From contig JAIPHU010000004.1 in assembly GCA_021735045.1 (NCBI GenBank), forward strand, positions 2,929 through 66,928: a DNA stretch of 64,000 nucleotides, read 5' to 3'. The notes under the pieces are model-generated. The model had not been told where the DNA came from. It saw nothing but the letters and a program-made list of their open reading frames with translations, and ran no database searches. Numbering within the stretch: the stretch's first letter is position 1; each line of letters begins with the position of its first letter. Shown here one piece after another: positions 46,858 to 58,872 of the stretch. A program made the position numbers and the translations under genes. This DNA comes from Candidatus Omnitrophota bacterium. Its GTDB lineage: Bacteria > Omnitrophota > Gorgyraeia > Duberdicusellales > 4484-171.

Positions 46858-46922
46858 CTCAGCCTGGTTAGAGCAGCTGACTCATAATCAGTTGGTCGGA
46901 GGTTCAAATCCTCCCGGGCCCA
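46848..46922 (+). tRNA. tRNA-Met (anticodon CAU; elongator-type, or possibly tRNA-Ile2 if lysidinylated)
   Basis: The acceptor GGGCCTG pairs with CGGGCCC. The anticodon loop is cuCAUaa and the T-arm is ggagg-TTCAAAT-cctcc. There are no three G-C pairs in the anticodon stem, and no CCA is encoded. Confidence 0.85.
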
Positions 46923-46944
46923 CGTTAAAAAAAATAGGAAATTA

Positions 46945-47670
46945 ATGAATTTAAAAGATGAGATAAAAAAGCTGATAAAGCTACAAGAGATAGATAAACA
47001 AGTTTACAAACTTAACCTTCAAAAAAGCAACAATATACCTGCAAAGATTGATGAGTTAAAAGAATCTATTGATCAAAAACAAAAAGAGTTTGCCGCATTT
47101 AAAGACAAGGTAAATCGACTTGAGCTAGAAAAAAAGAATAAGGAAGGGGAACTTACCCAAAAAGAAGAAAATTTAAAAAAAGCAAAGTCACAGCTTTATC
47201 AGTTAAAATCGAATAAAGAATATCAAGTAAAACTGAATGAAATTAGTTCTATAGAGGCAGATATCTCCTGTGCCGAAGAAGAAGTTATAAAGTTTTTAGA
47301 TAATATTGAACAAGAAAAAGCAGAGGTAAAAAAAGAAAAAGAAAAAGTTGAATCTGAAACTAACAAGATGAAGCAAGAAATCGCTGACTTAGAAAAAGAG
47401 ACCAAAGAAATTGATCAAAAAATTAACGAGCTAGAAAATAAACGAAAAAGTTTTACTTCTGATGTCGATAAAAAGATTCTTAATCAATATCAAGACCTTT
47501 TAAAAAAGCGAAATGGCCTTGCCATTGTTCCGGTTGTAAATAATAACTGTGGGGCTTGCCATATTTCATTAACTCGACAAAAAGTCAATGAAATAAAGAT
47601 GTATGATAAGCTGATTTTATGTGAAAGTTGTGTACGTATTCTTTATATCCCAGAGGACCTAGAGTTATGA
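46945..47670 (+). CDS. COG1579-type coiled-coil protein with C-terminal zinc ribbon
   Basis: Long coiled coil plus CGACHISLTRQ...LILCESC. This is a classic partner of the downstream RNase H gene. Confidence 0.75.
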   Translation: MNLKDEIKKLIKLQEIDKQVYKLNLQKSNNIPAKIDELKESIDQKQKEFAAFKDKVNRLELEKKNKEGELTQKEENLKKAKSQLYQLKSNKEYQVKLNEISSIEADISCAEEEVIKFLDNIEQEKAEVKKEKEKVESETNKMKQEIADLEKETKEIDQKINELENKRKSFTSDVDKKILNQYQDLLKKRNGLAIVPVVNNNCGACHISLTRQKVNEIKMYDKLILCESCVRILYIPEDLEL

Positions 47671-48062
47671 TTACTGTCTATATTGATGGGTCTTCAATAG
47701 GAAATCCCGGTAAAGCCGGGATCGGTTATTTAATCTATAAAGACAAAAAGCTGGTTCAAGAAGAAAGTGTCTACCTAGGAGTTCAATCTAACAACTTTGC
47801 CGAATATATGGGGTTAATCTTTTCTCTAGCTGATGTTGTTGCAAGAGGAGAGAGAAAGTGCCTAGTTTATACTGACAGCAAATTGGTTTGCGAGCAAATT
47901 AACGGCAACTTTAAAGTTAAACACCAAAATATATTACCACTTTATACTTTAGCGAAAAAAATGATCTCAAAGATAGATGAGTTTACCATAAAGCATATCT
48001 TGCGGGAAAAAAATAAAGAAGCAGACAAATTAGCAAAAAAAGCTACTGGGTTTTTAACCTAG
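47667..48062 (+). CDS. rnhA: ribonuclease HI
   Basis: MITVYIDGSSIGNPGKAGIGY...; DEDD-type RNase H fold pattern. ATGA overlap with the upstream gene. Confidence 0.8.
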   Translation: MITVYIDGSSIGNPGKAGIGYLIYKDKKLVQEESVYLGVQSNNFAEYMGLIFSLADVVARGERKCLVYTDSKLVCEQINGNFKVKHQNILPLYTLAKKMISKIDEFTIKHILREKNKEADKLAKKATGFLT

Positions 48063-48112
48063 TAAGTGGTTAATCGGGAAGTGATAATTAACCAATTATC
48101 AGGAGGTAAAAT

Positions 48113-48868
48113 ATGAGTGGGCATTCGAAATGGGCAAGTATTAAACATAAAAAAGGTGCAGCTGACGCTAAAAGAGGTAAACTATTTACTAAACTAATTC
48201 GAGAAATAACTGTGGCTGCAAAAGATAGTGGTGGAGACCCGGATATAAATCCCGCCCTACGTACAGCAATATCTCGGGCAAATGATGCGAATATGCCCAA
48301 GGACAATATCGAAAAAGCAATCAAAAAGGGAACCGGAGAATTACCGGGAGTAAGTTATGAAAGTTGTATGTTTGAGGGTTATGGGCCGGGAGGAGTTGCA
48401 ATCCTAGTTGAAGCATTAACGGACAACAAAAACAGGTCTTCAGCCGAAATTAGAAACATTTTCTCAAAAAAAGGTGGAAATATGGCTGGAGCTGGAAGTG
48501 TTTCTTGGATTTTTACTCCTAAAGGATACATTTTAATTGATCAATCTCAGATAGACGAAGAAGAACTATTTTCAATAACTGTTGATGCCGGTGCAGAAGA
48601 TATCAAATCTAGCGATAAAAATTACGAGATATTCTGTGAACCAAAAGATTTAGAGGCAATTAAAGAAGCTTTATCGGCAAAAAACATAAAATGGGAAGAT
48701 GCTGAACTTACTAAAATTCCTAATTCAACTATTAAACTATCAGGGAGTCAAGCAAAACAAGTGCTATCTTTAGTTGAAACTTTAGAAGACCATGACGATG
48801 CACAAAAAGTTTATGCAAACTTTGATATTCCGGACGAAGTATTAGAAGAAATTGCTCAAGAAATTTAA
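48113..48868 (+). CDS. yebC: YebC/PmpR-family transcriptional regulator
   Basis: MSGHSKWASIKHKKGAADAKRGKLFTKLIREI. Confidence 0.9.
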   Translation: MSGHSKWASIKHKKGAADAKRGKLFTKLIREITVAAKDSGGDPDINPALRTAISRANDANMPKDNIEKAIKKGTGELPGVSYESCMFEGYGPGGVAILVEALTDNKNRSSAEIRNIFSKKGGNMAGAGSVSWIFTPKGYILIDQSQIDEEELFSITVDAGAEDIKSSDKNYEIFCEPKDLEAIKEALSAKNIKWEDAELTKIPNSTIKLSGSQAKQVLSLVETLEDHDDAQKVYANFDIPDEVLEEIAQEI

Positions 48869-48871
48869 AAA

Positions 48872-49372
48872 ATGGATGTTTTGGCGATAGATTTAGGTCT
48901 GCGCACCTGTGGTTATGTTATCTGTGGTGTTTCTGGGCGTAAAATCAACTTGATAAAAGAAGGCCAGATAAAGCCTGATCCGAAAAAAAACCTACCTGAG
49001 AAGTTACACTTGATCTATGCCGAGCTGAAAAAGGAAATCATAGACTATAGCCTAAAAGCAATAATCGTCGAAAAATTATATTCTCATTATCGCCATCCAA
49101 CAACATTAGGAGTTTTAGCCCAAGTAAAAGGAATAATTGCTCTATTAGCTTATCAATCAGAGCTTGATTATTTCCAATATCCACCGACTCGGGCCAGAAA
49201 AGCAATGTTAGGCAAAGGTAATGTAGATTCAAAACAAGTTAAAAAGATGGCAGAAAATATGACCGGAAAAAAATTTAAGTCAGTACATACTGCTGATGCA
49301 TTTTCTTTAGTGTTTGCTTTTTCACATACGAATAGCTTTAAAAATAAACTTTTTATACAAAAAAATCGATAA
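48872..49372 (+). CDS. ruvC: crossover junction endodeoxyribonuclease RuvC
   Basis: VLAIDLGLRTCGYVI N-terminus and the conserved yebC-ruvC-ruvA arrangement. Confidence 0.7.
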   Translation: MDVLAIDLGLRTCGYVICGVSGRKINLIKEGQIKPDPKKNLPEKLHLIYAELKKEIIDYSLKAIIVEKLYSHYRHPTTLGVLAQVKGIIALLAYQSELDYFQYPPTRARKAMLGKGNVDSKQVKKMAENMTGKKFKSVHTADAFSLVFAFSHTNSFKNKLFIQKNR

Positions 49373-49374
49373 AA

Positions 49375-50004
49375 ATGATCTGTAAAATCAAGGGAGTCTT
49401 ATCAGAAAAAAATAAACAATCAGTTGTGATTGAAAAAGAAGGTATTTTTTATCGGATTGATACCCCTGAAACCGTTTCGCTTCGGCTTAAAGAAGTTGGC
49501 CAAACAGTGGAACTGGTTATCTACCATTATTTCAATTTAACAAAAAATAAAGGAATACCTGTTTTAATTGGCTTTATCGATGAACTAGAAAAAGAGTTTT
49601 TTGAAAAATTTATAAGTGTATCCGGGGTCGGCCCTAAAGCCGCTCTACGCGCTTTTGATAAACCAATTCCATTTATCGCAAAAGCAATTGAAGAAGCTGA
49701 TATGAACTTTTTAACTGATTTAGCCGGAGTAGGCAAGCAACGGGCTAGGCAGATAGTTGCTCACCTACAAGGTAAGGTTGGCAGGTTTGCTTTAATTAAA
49801 GAAGAGTTGGAAGAAAAAAAACAGGAAGATTTAGTCAAAAAAGAAATTTCTCAAGAAGCCAAGCAAATATTAAAACGCCTTCAGTACAGGCCTCAGGAAA
49901 TAGATAATATGGTTAAAAAAGCACTAGCTGCTAATCCAGAGGTTCAAGCAGTAGAGAATTTACTAAATGAAATCTATAAACAGAAGAAAAAAAACGCTGA
50001 TTAA
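49375..50004 (+). CDS. ruvA: Holliday junction DNA helicase subunit RuvA
   Basis: OB-fold N-terminus and helix-hairpin-helix motifs SVSGVGPKAALRAF / LAGVGKQRARQI. Confidence 0.85.
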   Translation: MICKIKGVLSEKNKQSVVIEKEGIFYRIDTPETVSLRLKEVGQTVELVIYHYFNLTKNKGIPVLIGFIDELEKEFFEKFISVSGVGPKAALRAFDKPIPFIAKAIEEADMNFLTDLAGVGKQRARQIVAHLQGKVGRFALIKEELEEKKQEDLVKKEISQEAKQILKRLQYRPQEIDNMVKKALAANPEVQAVENLLNEIYKQKKKNAD

Positions 50005-50006
50005 CC

Positions 50007-50630
50007 ATGGAAAAAGAAAATATAAAATCAATTTTGGAATCACTATTATTTGTAAATGAAAAACCAATTCAACTTTCAGATATATCCAGAATACTTGAGA
50101 TAAAAAGTAAAGATATAAAGCAAGCTGTCGAAGAGCTAAAAACTGAATACAGCAACCGAAACTCTGGAATTTCAATTGTTCCGGTTGCCGGTGGTTATCA
50201 AATGTGTTCGGCTCCATTTAATGAACCATGGGTTAAGAAGATGTATAGCCATCAAAACAAGCAAAAGCTCTCCACTGCATCTTTAGAAACTTTGGCGATA
50301 ATTGCTTACAAACAACCTATAACTCGAGTTGAAATTGAACAAATCCGTGGGGTTAACGTTGATGGAGTAGTTAGAAAATTAGGAGAGTTGGGGTTGATAA
50401 AAACGGCAGGAAAAAAAGAAGTTGTAGGCAGGCCGTTTTTATATATCACCACCCGTAAATTTTTAGAATACTTTGGGATCAATACTCTAAAAGATCTACC
50501 GAATTTAGAAGAATTTGTTAATTTAGCCGAAAAAGAAAATATAGTTTCTCAAGAAGAAAGCCAAGATCAACAAAATAAAATCAAAGAAAATAAAGAACAG
50601 GAAAAAAATAAAGAAGAAAAGGAGGAATGA
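50007..50630 (+). CDS. scpB: segregation and condensation protein B
   Basis: [21 protein letters not shown] winged-helix N-terminus; acidic or lysine-rich C-terminal tail. Confidence 0.8.
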   Translation: MEKENIKSILESLLFVNEKPIQLSDISRILEIKSKDIKQAVEELKTEYSNRNSGISIVPVAGGYQMCSAPFNEPWVKKMYSHQNKQKLSTASLETLAIIAYKQPITRVEIEQIRGVNVDGVVRKLGELGLIKTAGKKEVVGRPFLYITTRKFLEYFGINTLKDLPNLEEFVNLAEKENIVSQEESQDQQNKIKENKEQEKNKEEKEE

Positions 50631-50635
50631 AAGCG

Positions 50636-51772
50636 ATGAAAAACTATTTTACTTCTGAGTCTGTAACTGAAGGTCATCCAGATAAAGTGTGTGATTTGAT
50701 TTCAGACACTATTTTAGATGCTGTTTTATCTTGTGATGTAAACGGCCGCGTTGCTTGTGAAGCTTTAACTAGCCGTGGCTTGGTTATGGTAGCAGGAGAA
50801 ATCTCTACAAACTGTTATATCGAAATACCCAGATTGGTGAGAAACTTATTAAAAGATATAGGTTATGATGACCCTTCGATTGGATTCGACTATGAAAGTT
50901 GCGGGGTTATAACCGCTATCCAAGAACAATCTCCAGATATTGCTTTAGGGGTTGATACCGGCGGGGCTGGCGACCAGGGGTTAATGTTTGGTTTTGCCTG
51001 TGACGAGACCAAAGAGCTAATGCCGCTTCCGATAATGCTAGCCCATAAACTGGCTCGGCGTTTAACTCAAGTAAGAAAAGAACGGATGTTAACTTATCTT
51101 TGGCCAGATGGTAAGTCACAAGTTTCAGTTGAATACGAAGGCCAAAAACCTAAAAGAGTTGATGCTGTAATTATCGGCGCCCATCACGCAAAATCTGTTG
51201 ATACAAAAAAGTTACAAAAAGATATCAAAAAGTTAGTTATTGATTATATCGTGCCCAAAGAGCTGATGGATGAAAATACAAAGATATTCATTAATGCAAC
51301 GGGACGATTTGAAGTAGGAGGGCCTGTTTCAGACACTGGAGTGACAGGGCGAAAGATCATTGTAGATACCTACGGTGGATACGGCCATCACGGTGGTGGA
51401 GCATTCTCTGGAAAAGACCCTTCAAAAGTAGACCGGTCGGCATCATATATGGGCCGATACATCGCTAAAAATATAGTTGCCGCAGGAATTGCTAGCCAAT
51501 GTGAAGTTCAACTTTCATATTGTATCGGTGTTGCAGAACCAGTATCGGTTAGTATTAATACTTTTGGCAGCTCAAAATTCGATGAAGAAAAGATCGCCAA
51601 AGCAGTTAGAGACATCTTCCCACTTACCCCCAAAGAAATAAGCCAAGAGTTAAATCTTTTGCGTCCAATTTATAGAAAAACAGCTGCCTATGGGCATTTT
51701 GGCCGTGAAGAAGAAGGTTTTCGTTGGGAAGACACAGACAAAGTTGATAAAATAAAAAGTATTTTAAAATAA
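50636..51772 (+). CDS. metK: S-adenosylmethionine synthetase
   Basis: [32 protein letters not shown]. The ORF-track start at 50627 is also possible. Confidence 0.95.
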   Translation: MKNYFTSESVTEGHPDKVCDLISDTILDAVLSCDVNGRVACEALTSRGLVMVAGEISTNCYIEIPRLVRNLLKDIGYDDPSIGFDYESCGVITAIQEQSPDIALGVDTGGAGDQGLMFGFACDETKELMPLPIMLAHKLARRLTQVRKERMLTYLWPDGKSQVSVEYEGQKPKRVDAVIIGAHHAKSVDTKKLQKDIKKLVIDYIVPKELMDENTKIFINATGRFEVGGPVSDTGVTGRKIIVDTYGGYGHHGGGAFSGKDPSKVDRSASYMGRYIAKNIVAAGIASQCEVQLSYCIGVAEPVSVSINTFGSSKFDEEKIAKAVRDIFPLTPKEISQELNLLRPIYRKTAAYGHFGREEEGFRWEDTDKVDKIKSILK

Positions 51773-51784
51773 AGGAGTTAAAAG

Positions 51785-53050
51785 ATGGTTAAATCTGATA
51801 TTCGCAGTAAACATTTAAGAAAAGAAGGTAAAAAAAGAATTCAATGGGCTCTAAACCGAATGCCGGTTTTAGAGATTATTAGAAACAGGTTCAAAAAACA
51901 AAAACCCCTTAAAAATTTAAATATTGGAGCTTGCCTGCACATCACCACTGAAACTGCTGCTTTAGCTATAACCTTAAAAGCAGCTGGAGCAAATGCTTCA
52001 TTTTGTGCTTCAAATCCTTTATCTACCCAAGATGATGTTGCAGCATCTTTAGTCTATGACTATGGAATTGAAGTTTTTGCCATCAATAACGAAAAACGGA
52101 ATGTTTACTATAATCACATAAACTCTGTTTTAGCAAAAAAACCAAAAATTACTTTAGATGATGGGGCTGATTTAATTTCAACTATTCACAAAAAAAACAA
52201 ACAGTCTAACTACAAAGATCTCCCCTGGGCCAGCACAGAAGAAACAACCACCGGAGTTATCCGTCTAAAGGCTTTAGAAAAAGAAGGAAATTTGCTTTAT
52301 CCGATTGTTGCCGTAAATGATGCCTTTACTAAACACCTTTTTGACAACCGCTACGGAACCGGACAATCTACCTTAGACGGAATACTGCGGGCAACCAATA
52401 AACTCATAGCCGGTGAAACTTTTGTGGTCGGTGGTTACGGCTGGTGCGGCAGGGGTGTAGCCCAAAAAGCAAGAGGTATGGGAGCTAAGGTAATAGTTTG
52501 TGAGGTTGACCCGCTAAAAGGACTTGAGGCCACTATGGACGGCTTTTTAGTTATGCCTATGGAAAAAGCTGCAAAATTAGGCAATATTTTTGTTACTACA
52601 ACCGGTGATATAGACGTAATTGCGAAAAAACATTTTAATAAACTAAAAGATAAAGCCATACTCTCTAATGCTGGCCACTTTGATGTCGAAATCGATACAA
52701 AATCTTTAAAGAAAATAGCAAAATCAAGCAAAAAAGTAAAGCCATTAGTTACAGAGTATACCTTAAAAAACAACAAAAGGATCTATCTTTTAGCTGAAGG
52801 ACGATTAGTAAACTTAGCTTGCGCAGAAGGCCATCCGGCTGAAGTTATGGATTTAAGTTTTGCCAATCAAGCTTTATCATGCGAACATATTGCTAGAAAT
52901 CATAATAAGCTAGAAAATAAAGTCTATAAAGTTCCTGACCGAATAGATGAAAAAGTTGCTAAGTTAAAGTTAAAGTCTATGGGGGTAAAGATTGATACAC
53001 TTACTCCAAAACAAAAAAAATATTTAGCTAGCTGGCAACAAGGCACTTAA
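51785..53050 (+). CDS. ahcY: adenosylhomocysteinase
   Basis: HLFDNRYGTGQS and the NAD-binding GGYGWCGRGVA. Confidence 0.9.
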   Translation: MVKSDIRSKHLRKEGKKRIQWALNRMPVLEIIRNRFKKQKPLKNLNIGACLHITTETAALAITLKAAGANASFCASNPLSTQDDVAASLVYDYGIEVFAINNEKRNVYYNHINSVLAKKPKITLDDGADLISTIHKKNKQSNYKDLPWASTEETTTGVIRLKALEKEGNLLYPIVAVNDAFTKHLFDNRYGTGQSTLDGILRATNKLIAGETFVVGGYGWCGRGVAQKARGMGAKVIVCEVDPLKGLEATMDGFLVMPMEKAAKLGNIFVTTTGDIDVIAKKHFNKLKDKAILSNAGHFDVEIDTKSLKKIAKSSKKVKPLVTEYTLKNNKRIYLLAEGRLVNLACAEGHPAEVMDLSFANQALSCEHIARNHNKLENKVYKVPDRIDEKVAKLKLKSMGVKIDTLTPKQKKYLASWQQGT

Positions 53051-53052
53051 AA

Positions 53053-54018
53053 ATGAAGAAAAAGATTAAAAGAATTGGGATTCTTACCCGCGACTGTGCC
53101 GGGATTAATGCAGCTATCCGAGCAGTAGTAAGAACCGCTTACTCATCAGGAATTAAAACTACTGGGATAATCAGAGGATATGAAGGCTTAATCGAAGATA
53201 ATACTATTGAGCTAACCCCTCGTTCTGTCTCCGGGATCATAAACTACGGAGGAACAGTTTTAAAAACTGCACGCGCTAAACGATTTCGGTCGGTAGAAGG
53301 CCAAAAACAGGCAATTAAGACAATAAAATCAAACAATATTGATGCTTTAGTAGCTATCGGAGGAAATGGTTCGTTAACCGGAGCTTCAATTCTTTCCTCT
53401 AAATATTCGATACCGGTAGTCGGTGTTCCGGCAACTATCGACAATGATATCAATGGAGTTGCAATGTCAATTGGCTCAGATACCTCGGTGAATGTAGCCT
53501 TAGATGCCTTAGATAAAATACGTGACACCGCGACTTCTTTGGAAAGAATATTTTTAGTAGAAGTAATGGGCCGTGATTGTGGTTACATTGCACTTAGAGT
53601 AGGACTGGCTGGTGGCTGTGAAGATGTAATCTTGCCTGAGAAAAATTTTAAGATTAAAGAAATATCACAAGAGATAGTTGAAGGCAGTATTAGAGGAAAA
53701 ATGAGCTGGATAATCGTAGTAGCTGAAGGAAAAGCTAAAGCTGCTGATCTTGGCAAAAAAATTACTAAGATTACTGGACTAGAAACCCGTGAGGTTGTCT
53801 TAGGCCATATCCAACGCGGCGGAAGGCCTACTGCTTACGATCGAATGTTAGCTGCCCGTTATGGCTACTATGCCCTAGAGCTAATAAAAAAAGGACAAAC
53901 CGGCCGCTGTGTAACTTTGCGAAACGATAAACTATCTGCTATACCCTTATCAAAAGCAATTAAGAAAAAAGATATGGAAGTAAAAGATTACTATAAATTG
54001 ATAAAACTATTAACTTAA
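53053..54018 (+). CDS. pfkA: 6-phosphofructokinase
   Basis: RIGILTRDCAGINAAIRAVV, IGGNGS, MGRDCGYIAL. Confidence 0.85.
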   Translation: MKKKIKRIGILTRDCAGINAAIRAVVRTAYSSGIKTTGIIRGYEGLIEDNTIELTPRSVSGIINYGGTVLKTARAKRFRSVEGQKQAIKTIKSNNIDALVAIGGNGSLTGASILSSKYSIPVVGVPATIDNDINGVAMSIGSDTSVNVALDALDKIRDTATSLERIFLVEVMGRDCGYIALRVGLAGGCEDVILPEKNFKIKEISQEIVEGSIRGKMSWIIVVAEGKAKAADLGKKITKITGLETREVVLGHIQRGGRPTAYDRMLAARYGYYALELIKKGQTGRCVTLRNDKLSAIPLSKAIKKKDMEVKDYYKLIKLLT

Positions 54019-54025
54019 AGATAAG

Positions 54026-55363
54026 ATGATTTATAAAAGCAAAAAACAGATCTTAGATAGCAAAAAAATAGAAGCCAAAGGTAAAACTTTTGAGGTAAAA
54101 GATATTGCTTATTTTAAAAACAATATCTTACCTAACTTAGTTGATACAATTATCTTAAGTGAATCAAAGAATCTTAAAAATTTTTGTTATCAACTCGCTT
54201 ATAGCTGCGGGCTATCTTTGGGGATATATCCAGCTTCTATTCAAGCCTTATATCGGGCTTGCGGAAAAAAAGAAACAGGTGGCTTTTGTGTACCAGCTAT
54301 AAATTTGCGAACTTTGACTTTTGAACTAGCTCAAACTATATTTGAAATTGCAAAAAAAATAAATTCTAATCTCTTTATCTTTGAAATAGCCGAATCAGAG
54401 ATTGGTTATACTTGGCAGTCACCGCAAGAATATTCTGCCTTGGTTACCCTGGCTGCGATTAAACAAGATTATTCTGGGCCGCTTTTTTTCCAAGGCGACC
54501 ACTTTCAAGTTGAAGTATCAAAATACAAAAAAGACCCTAAACAACATATAAAAAATCTAAAAAAGCTTATCAAGCAGTCTATTGACGCTGGTTTTTATAA
54601 TATTGATATTGACTCATCAACTTTAGTTGATCTGTCAAAAAAAGAATTAGACGCCCAGCAAAAATTAAATTATAAACTTTGTGCATATTTTACAAAATAT
54701 TTACGCAAAATTCAGCCTAAAGGAGTAGAAATCTCGATTGGCGGAGAGATCGGCGAGGTAGGAGGTGTTAACTCTGAGCCTAAAGACCTTAATGCATTTA
54801 TGCAGGGCTATTTAAAAGAAATTGCTAAACTAGAAGGGATATCTAAGATCAGTGTACAAACGGGGACAAAACACGGAGGAGTTGTTCTTCCGGACGGCTC
54901 TATTGCCAAGGCAAAGATAGATTTAAATACATTGGATAAACTTTCAAAACTTGCCAAAGACAACTATCAACTAGCCGGTGCTGTCCAGCATGGAGCTTCA
55001 ACTCTACCCAACGAAGCTTTTCATCACTTTCCTAAACGTGGCTGCATAGAGGTCCACCTTGCAACCCAGTTTCAAAACATCATCTATGATTATATGCCCC
55101 TGCCTTTAAAAGAAAAAATATATTCTTGGCTAGATAAAAACTGCTATCAAGAAAGAAAAAAAGAGTGGACCGATGATCAATTTATCTACAGGTTAAGAAA
55201 AAAAGCTTTAGGTCCATTTAAAAAAGAGATCTATCAGCTGCCTACAGAACTTAAAGACAAAATCAAGGCTATTTTAAGCCAAGAATTTTCTTTTTTATTC
55301 GATAAGTTAAATTTAAAAAATAAAAAAAATATTGTTGATAAATATATCAGGAGGTTAACATGA
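54026..55363 (+). CDS. class II (metal-dependent) aldolase-like protein, tentative fructose/tagatose-bisphosphate aldolase family
   Basis: [20 protein letters not shown] and VQHGASTLP resemble the class II FBA motifs (DH, E-x-ELG-x-GG, HGGSG). The length is unusual and it sits beside pfkA. Confidence 0.4.
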   Translation: MIYKSKKQILDSKKIEAKGKTFEVKDIAYFKNNILPNLVDTIILSESKNLKNFCYQLAYSCGLSLGIYPASIQALYRACGKKETGGFCVPAINLRTLTFELAQTIFEIAKKINSNLFIFEIAESEIGYTWQSPQEYSALVTLAAIKQDYSGPLFFQGDHFQVEVSKYKKDPKQHIKNLKKLIKQSIDAGFYNIDIDSSTLVDLSKKELDAQQKLNYKLCAYFTKYLRKIQPKGVEISIGGEIGEVGGVNSEPKDLNAFMQGYLKEIAKLEGISKISVQTGTKHGGVVLPDGSIAKAKIDLNTLDKLSKLAKDNYQLAGAVQHGASTLPNEAFHHFPKRGCIEVHLATQFQNIIYDYMPLPLKEKIYSWLDKNCYQERKKEWTDDQFIYRLRKKALGPFKKEIYQLPTELKDKIKAILSQEFSFLFDKLNLKNKKNIVDKYIRRLT

Positions 55364-57021
55364 ACTCGGATAAAGCAAAAAAAGGCCTAGAAAGAATGCC
55401 CAATCGCTCTCTTCTTTATGGAACTGGTATCCACTCTGATCATATGAGACGCCCCTTTATCGGCATAGCTTCAAGTTTTACCGACATAATCCCCGGCCAT
55501 ATTAATATGAGAACTTTAGAAAGATATATCGAACGAGGCGTAGAAAATGGAAATGGTACACCATTTATCTTTGGAGTCCCTGGTATCTGTGATGGAATTG
55601 CCATGGGGCATCACGGCATGAAATATTCATTGCCTTCTCGCGAACTTATCGCTGATACAATTGAAACGGTTGCTAGCGCTCATAGCTTAGATGGTTTAAT
55701 ACTTTTAACTAACTGCGACAAAATTACCCCCGGAATGATTATGGGTGCATTACGCATAAATATTCCTACAATAGTAGTTACTGCCGGGCCGATGCTTGCC
55801 GGACATTCTGGTAAAAAAAGGTTATCTTTGGTCCGAGATACTTTTGAAGCAGTAGGTAAATTCAAAGCAGGCCAGCTCAAAGAAGAAGAAAGAAAAAAAC
55901 TAGAAATATCTGCTTGTCCTTCTTGTGGGTCTTGCCAAGGGCTTTACACTGCAAATACTATGGCCTGTCTTACCGAAACCATGGGGCTTTCTTTGCCATA
56001 TTGCGGAACGGCTCCAGCTGTTTTAAACGAAAAGATAAGAATAGCCTATGAAAGTGGCCAGAGGATAATGAAACTAGTTAAACAAAAAATAACTGCAAAA
56101 AAAATTGTTACTAAACGTTCCTTAGAAAATGCAATTCGCCTGGATATGGCTTTAGGTGGTTCAACCAACACTGTCTTACACCTTATGGCTATTGCAGCTG
56201 AAGCCGGAGTTAACTTAACTTTAACTGATTTTGATAAAATTAGTCAAAAAACACCGCATATCTCTAATCTTCGTCCTGGTGGAGAAAGTTTTATCGAAGA
56301 CTTACATTTTGCCGGAGGAATTCCCGCTGTTTTAAAAAGGTTAGCCACAAAGATAAACAGCACTAGAACTGTATCGGGAAAAACTACTTTAAAGATAGCA
56401 GAAGAAGCTACTATCTTTGACCACGATATAATCCGGCCGTTAAATAAACCCTATCATAAAAAAGGTGGAATAGCTATCTTAAAGGGAAATTTGGCACCTC
56501 AAGGAGCTGTAGTAAAACAATCAGCTGTCGATGCAGATATGCTCACCTTTACCGGATGCGCAAAGATATTTAACTCCGAAGAAGAGGCAATGAAAGCAAT
56601 TACTGGCAAAAAAATAAAAAAAGGCGATGTAGTTGTTATTAGGTATGAAGGCCCAAGCGGAGGCCCAGGAATGCGAGAAATGCTTTCGCCTACCTCAAGT
56701 ATTGTGGGCATGGGGCTTCATAAACATGTTGCTTTAATTACTGACGGCCGTTTTTCCGGTGGCACCCGCGGCCCTTGTATTGGACATATATCACCAGAGG
56801 CAGCATCAGGAGGTTTAATTGGTTATTTAATCAATGGCGATAAAATTACAATTGATATTCCTAAACGTAAAATAAATGTTGATTTAACAACTAAACAAAT
56901 CAAAGAACGAAAAAAGAAAATAAAATTATTAGCTTCAAAAGTTAAAACAGGCTATCTCTATCGCTATTCTAGATCAACAAGTTCAGCTTCGACTGGAGCA
57001 GTTTATAAGGATAATCAATAA
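55360..57021 (+). CDS. ilvD: dihydroxy-acid dehydratase / IlvD-EDD family dehydratase
   Basis: [47 protein letters not shown]. Confidence 0.85.
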   Translation: MNSDKAKKGLERMPNRSLLYGTGIHSDHMRRPFIGIASSFTDIIPGHINMRTLERYIERGVENGNGTPFIFGVPGICDGIAMGHHGMKYSLPSRELIADTIETVASAHSLDGLILLTNCDKITPGMIMGALRINIPTIVVTAGPMLAGHSGKKRLSLVRDTFEAVGKFKAGQLKEEERKKLEISACPSCGSCQGLYTANTMACLTETMGLSLPYCGTAPAVLNEKIRIAYESGQRIMKLVKQKITAKKIVTKRSLENAIRLDMALGGSTNTVLHLMAIAAEAGVNLTLTDFDKISQKTPHISNLRPGGESFIEDLHFAGGIPAVLKRLATKINSTRTVSGKTTLKIAEEATIFDHDIIRPLNKPYHKKGGIAILKGNLAPQGAVVKQSAVDADMLTFTGCAKIFNSEEEAMKAITGKKIKKGDVVVIRYEGPSGGPGMREMLSPTSSIVGMGLHKHVALITDGRFSGGTRGPCIGHISPEAASGGLIGYLINGDKITIDIPKRKINVDLTTKQIKERKKKIKLLASKVKTGYLYRYSRSTSSASTGAVYKDNQ

Positions 57022-57104
57022 AGATACGATTTATTCTAAAAGTTAGTTGACAAGCTGATTAGGCTCTGCTATTATTTGCTATATAGTTTAAACCAATAAA
57101 TAAA

Positions 57105-58163
57105 ATGCAATTTATTTCAAATAGTTTAAAAAAATTAAGTTACTTATTTGATTCTTTTTCTTCCGATATTGGGATTGATCTAGGTACTGCTACCACCTTA
57201 GTCTATCTACGCGGCGAAGGAATTGTTCTTTGTGAGCCATCGGTAGTAGCTATCTATAAAAATACTGGCACTCCTATGGCTGTTGGCGAAGAAGCTAAAC
57301 AAATGCTTGGCAGGACTCCCGGCAGTATTATTGCAATCCGACCTTTAAAAGACGGAGTTATTGCTGATTTTGATATTACCGAAGAGATGCTTCGCTATTT
57401 TATAAAAAAAGCTCACCCAAGAAAAATATCTATTGGCCCAAGAATTGTAGTTGCTGTTCCTTCTGGAATTACCGAAGTAGAAAAAAGGGCTGTTAAAGAT
57501 TCTGCAAACCGCGCCGGAGCCAGAGAAGTAATACCGGTTGAAGAACCAATTGTTGCTGCAATTGGGGTAGGCTTGCCTATCGCAGAACCTCAAGGAAATA
57601 TGATAATTGATATTGGCGGAGGAACAACTGAAATTGCAGTTATCTCTTTGGGAGGAATTGTTCATTCTCGTTCAATACGAACCGGCGGAGATGAAATGGA
57701 TTCATCGATCATTGATTATATGAAGAAAAATTATAATCTAATGGTTGGTGAAAGAACTGCTGAAGAAATAAAGATTAAACTCGGTTCTGCTTGGCCACTT
57801 AAAAATGAAACAGAGCTTGAAGTAAGAGGAAGAGATTTAATTACCGGCCTTCCTAAATTCATAAAGACTAGCTCTCAAGAAATTAGAGAGGCCTTACAAA
57901 ATCCATTAAAAGAAATAATTGAGACCACAAAAGTTACCTTAGAAAGAACCCCGCCAGAGCTAGCAGCAGATTTAATTGAACGGGGCATAGTTTTATGTGG
58001 CGGAGGTGCACTGCTGAGAGGAATTGACAAGTTAATTTCTGAAGAAACTGGACTTGCTTGTTTTGTAGCTGATGACCCTTTAACTGCAGTAGCACTGGGA
58101 ACAGGAAAAATATTAGAGTCACCAAAATTCTTAAAGAAGCTTTCCCTTGTATCTACCTTCTAA
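57105..58163 (+). CDS. mreB: rod shape-determining protein MreB
   Basis: [14 protein letters not shown]... actin-fold ATPase motifs. Confidence 0.9.
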   Translation: MQFISNSLKKLSYLFDSFSSDIGIDLGTATTLVYLRGEGIVLCEPSVVAIYKNTGTPMAVGEEAKQMLGRTPGSIIAIRPLKDGVIADFDITEEMLRYFIKKAHPRKISIGPRIVVAVPSGITEVEKRAVKDSANRAGAREVIPVEEPIVAAIGVGLPIAEPQGNMIIDIGGGTTEIAVISLGGIVHSRSIRTGGDEMDSSIIDYMKKNYNLMVGERTAEEIKIKLGSAWPLKNETELEVRGRDLITGLPKFIKTSSQEIREALQNPLKEIIETTKVTLERTPPELAADLIERGIVLCGGGALLRGIDKLISEETGLACFVADDPLTAVALGTGKILESPKFLKKLSLVSTF

Positions 58164-58872
58164 AAAAATTAAATATGGTGTTTTCGTTGTTGTAGTAGCC
58201 ATCCTGGCCTTCAACGTATTTCGGAAACCTTCCCAGATCCTTATGCTTTCTTTATCCGAAAGTTTTTCTTCTCTTTCGAAATCATCTTACCAAAACAAGC
58301 TAGATCAACTACGTAAGAAAAACTTAAAATATCAACTTAAGCTGAAACAATTTAAGAACTTATCTGAAGAAAACAAGCTGTTACGGGAAGCACTTAATTT
58401 TAAAAATAAAGATGACCTTGGCTTAATTGGTGCAGAAATTATAGCTTTTGCGCCTTCAAGTTGGCATAAGTATATTTTTTTAAATCTAGGTAAAAATAAA
58501 AAGGTAAAAAAAAATATGCTTGTAGTAGATAAAGATGGCAATTTAATTGGAAAAATAGAAGAAGTTTATCCACAACGCTGTAAAGTTATTTTGATTAAAA
58601 ATCCAGACTTTCAAACTCCAGTTTCAATTAACAATCGAGTCCTTGGCTTACTCCAGGGAACTCTTTCGGGAGTAGAGGTTCTTTATATAGAAAAATCAAA
58701 CCAAATAAATATTTCTGAACCAATTTATGCTGCTTTTTCTCCTTTTAATTCTGTAGTAAAAGTAGGGGAAATTTCTAAAATTAAAACAAATAAAAGTGAT
58801 CTTTTTTACGAGGTTCAAGTTGATACTTCTGCAAAAGACAAGTTACCTCAAGTTGTTTTTATCTTAAAATGA
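58147..58872 (+). CDS. mreC: rod shape-determining protein MreC
   Basis: N-terminal TM, coiled coil and beta-rich C-terminal domain. It follows mreB with a 17-nt overlap. Confidence 0.6.
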   Translation: MYLPSKKIKYGVFVVVVAILAFNVFRKPSQILMLSLSESFSSLSKSSYQNKLDQLRKKNLKYQLKLKQFKNLSEENKLLREALNFKNKDDLGLIGAEIIAFAPSSWHKYIFLNLGKNKKVKKNMLVVDKDGNLIGKIEEVYPQRCKVILIKNPDFQTPVSINNRVLGLLQGTLSGVEVLYIEKSNQINISEPIYAAFSPFNSVVKVGEISKIKTNKSDLFYEVQVDTSAKDKLPQVVFILK

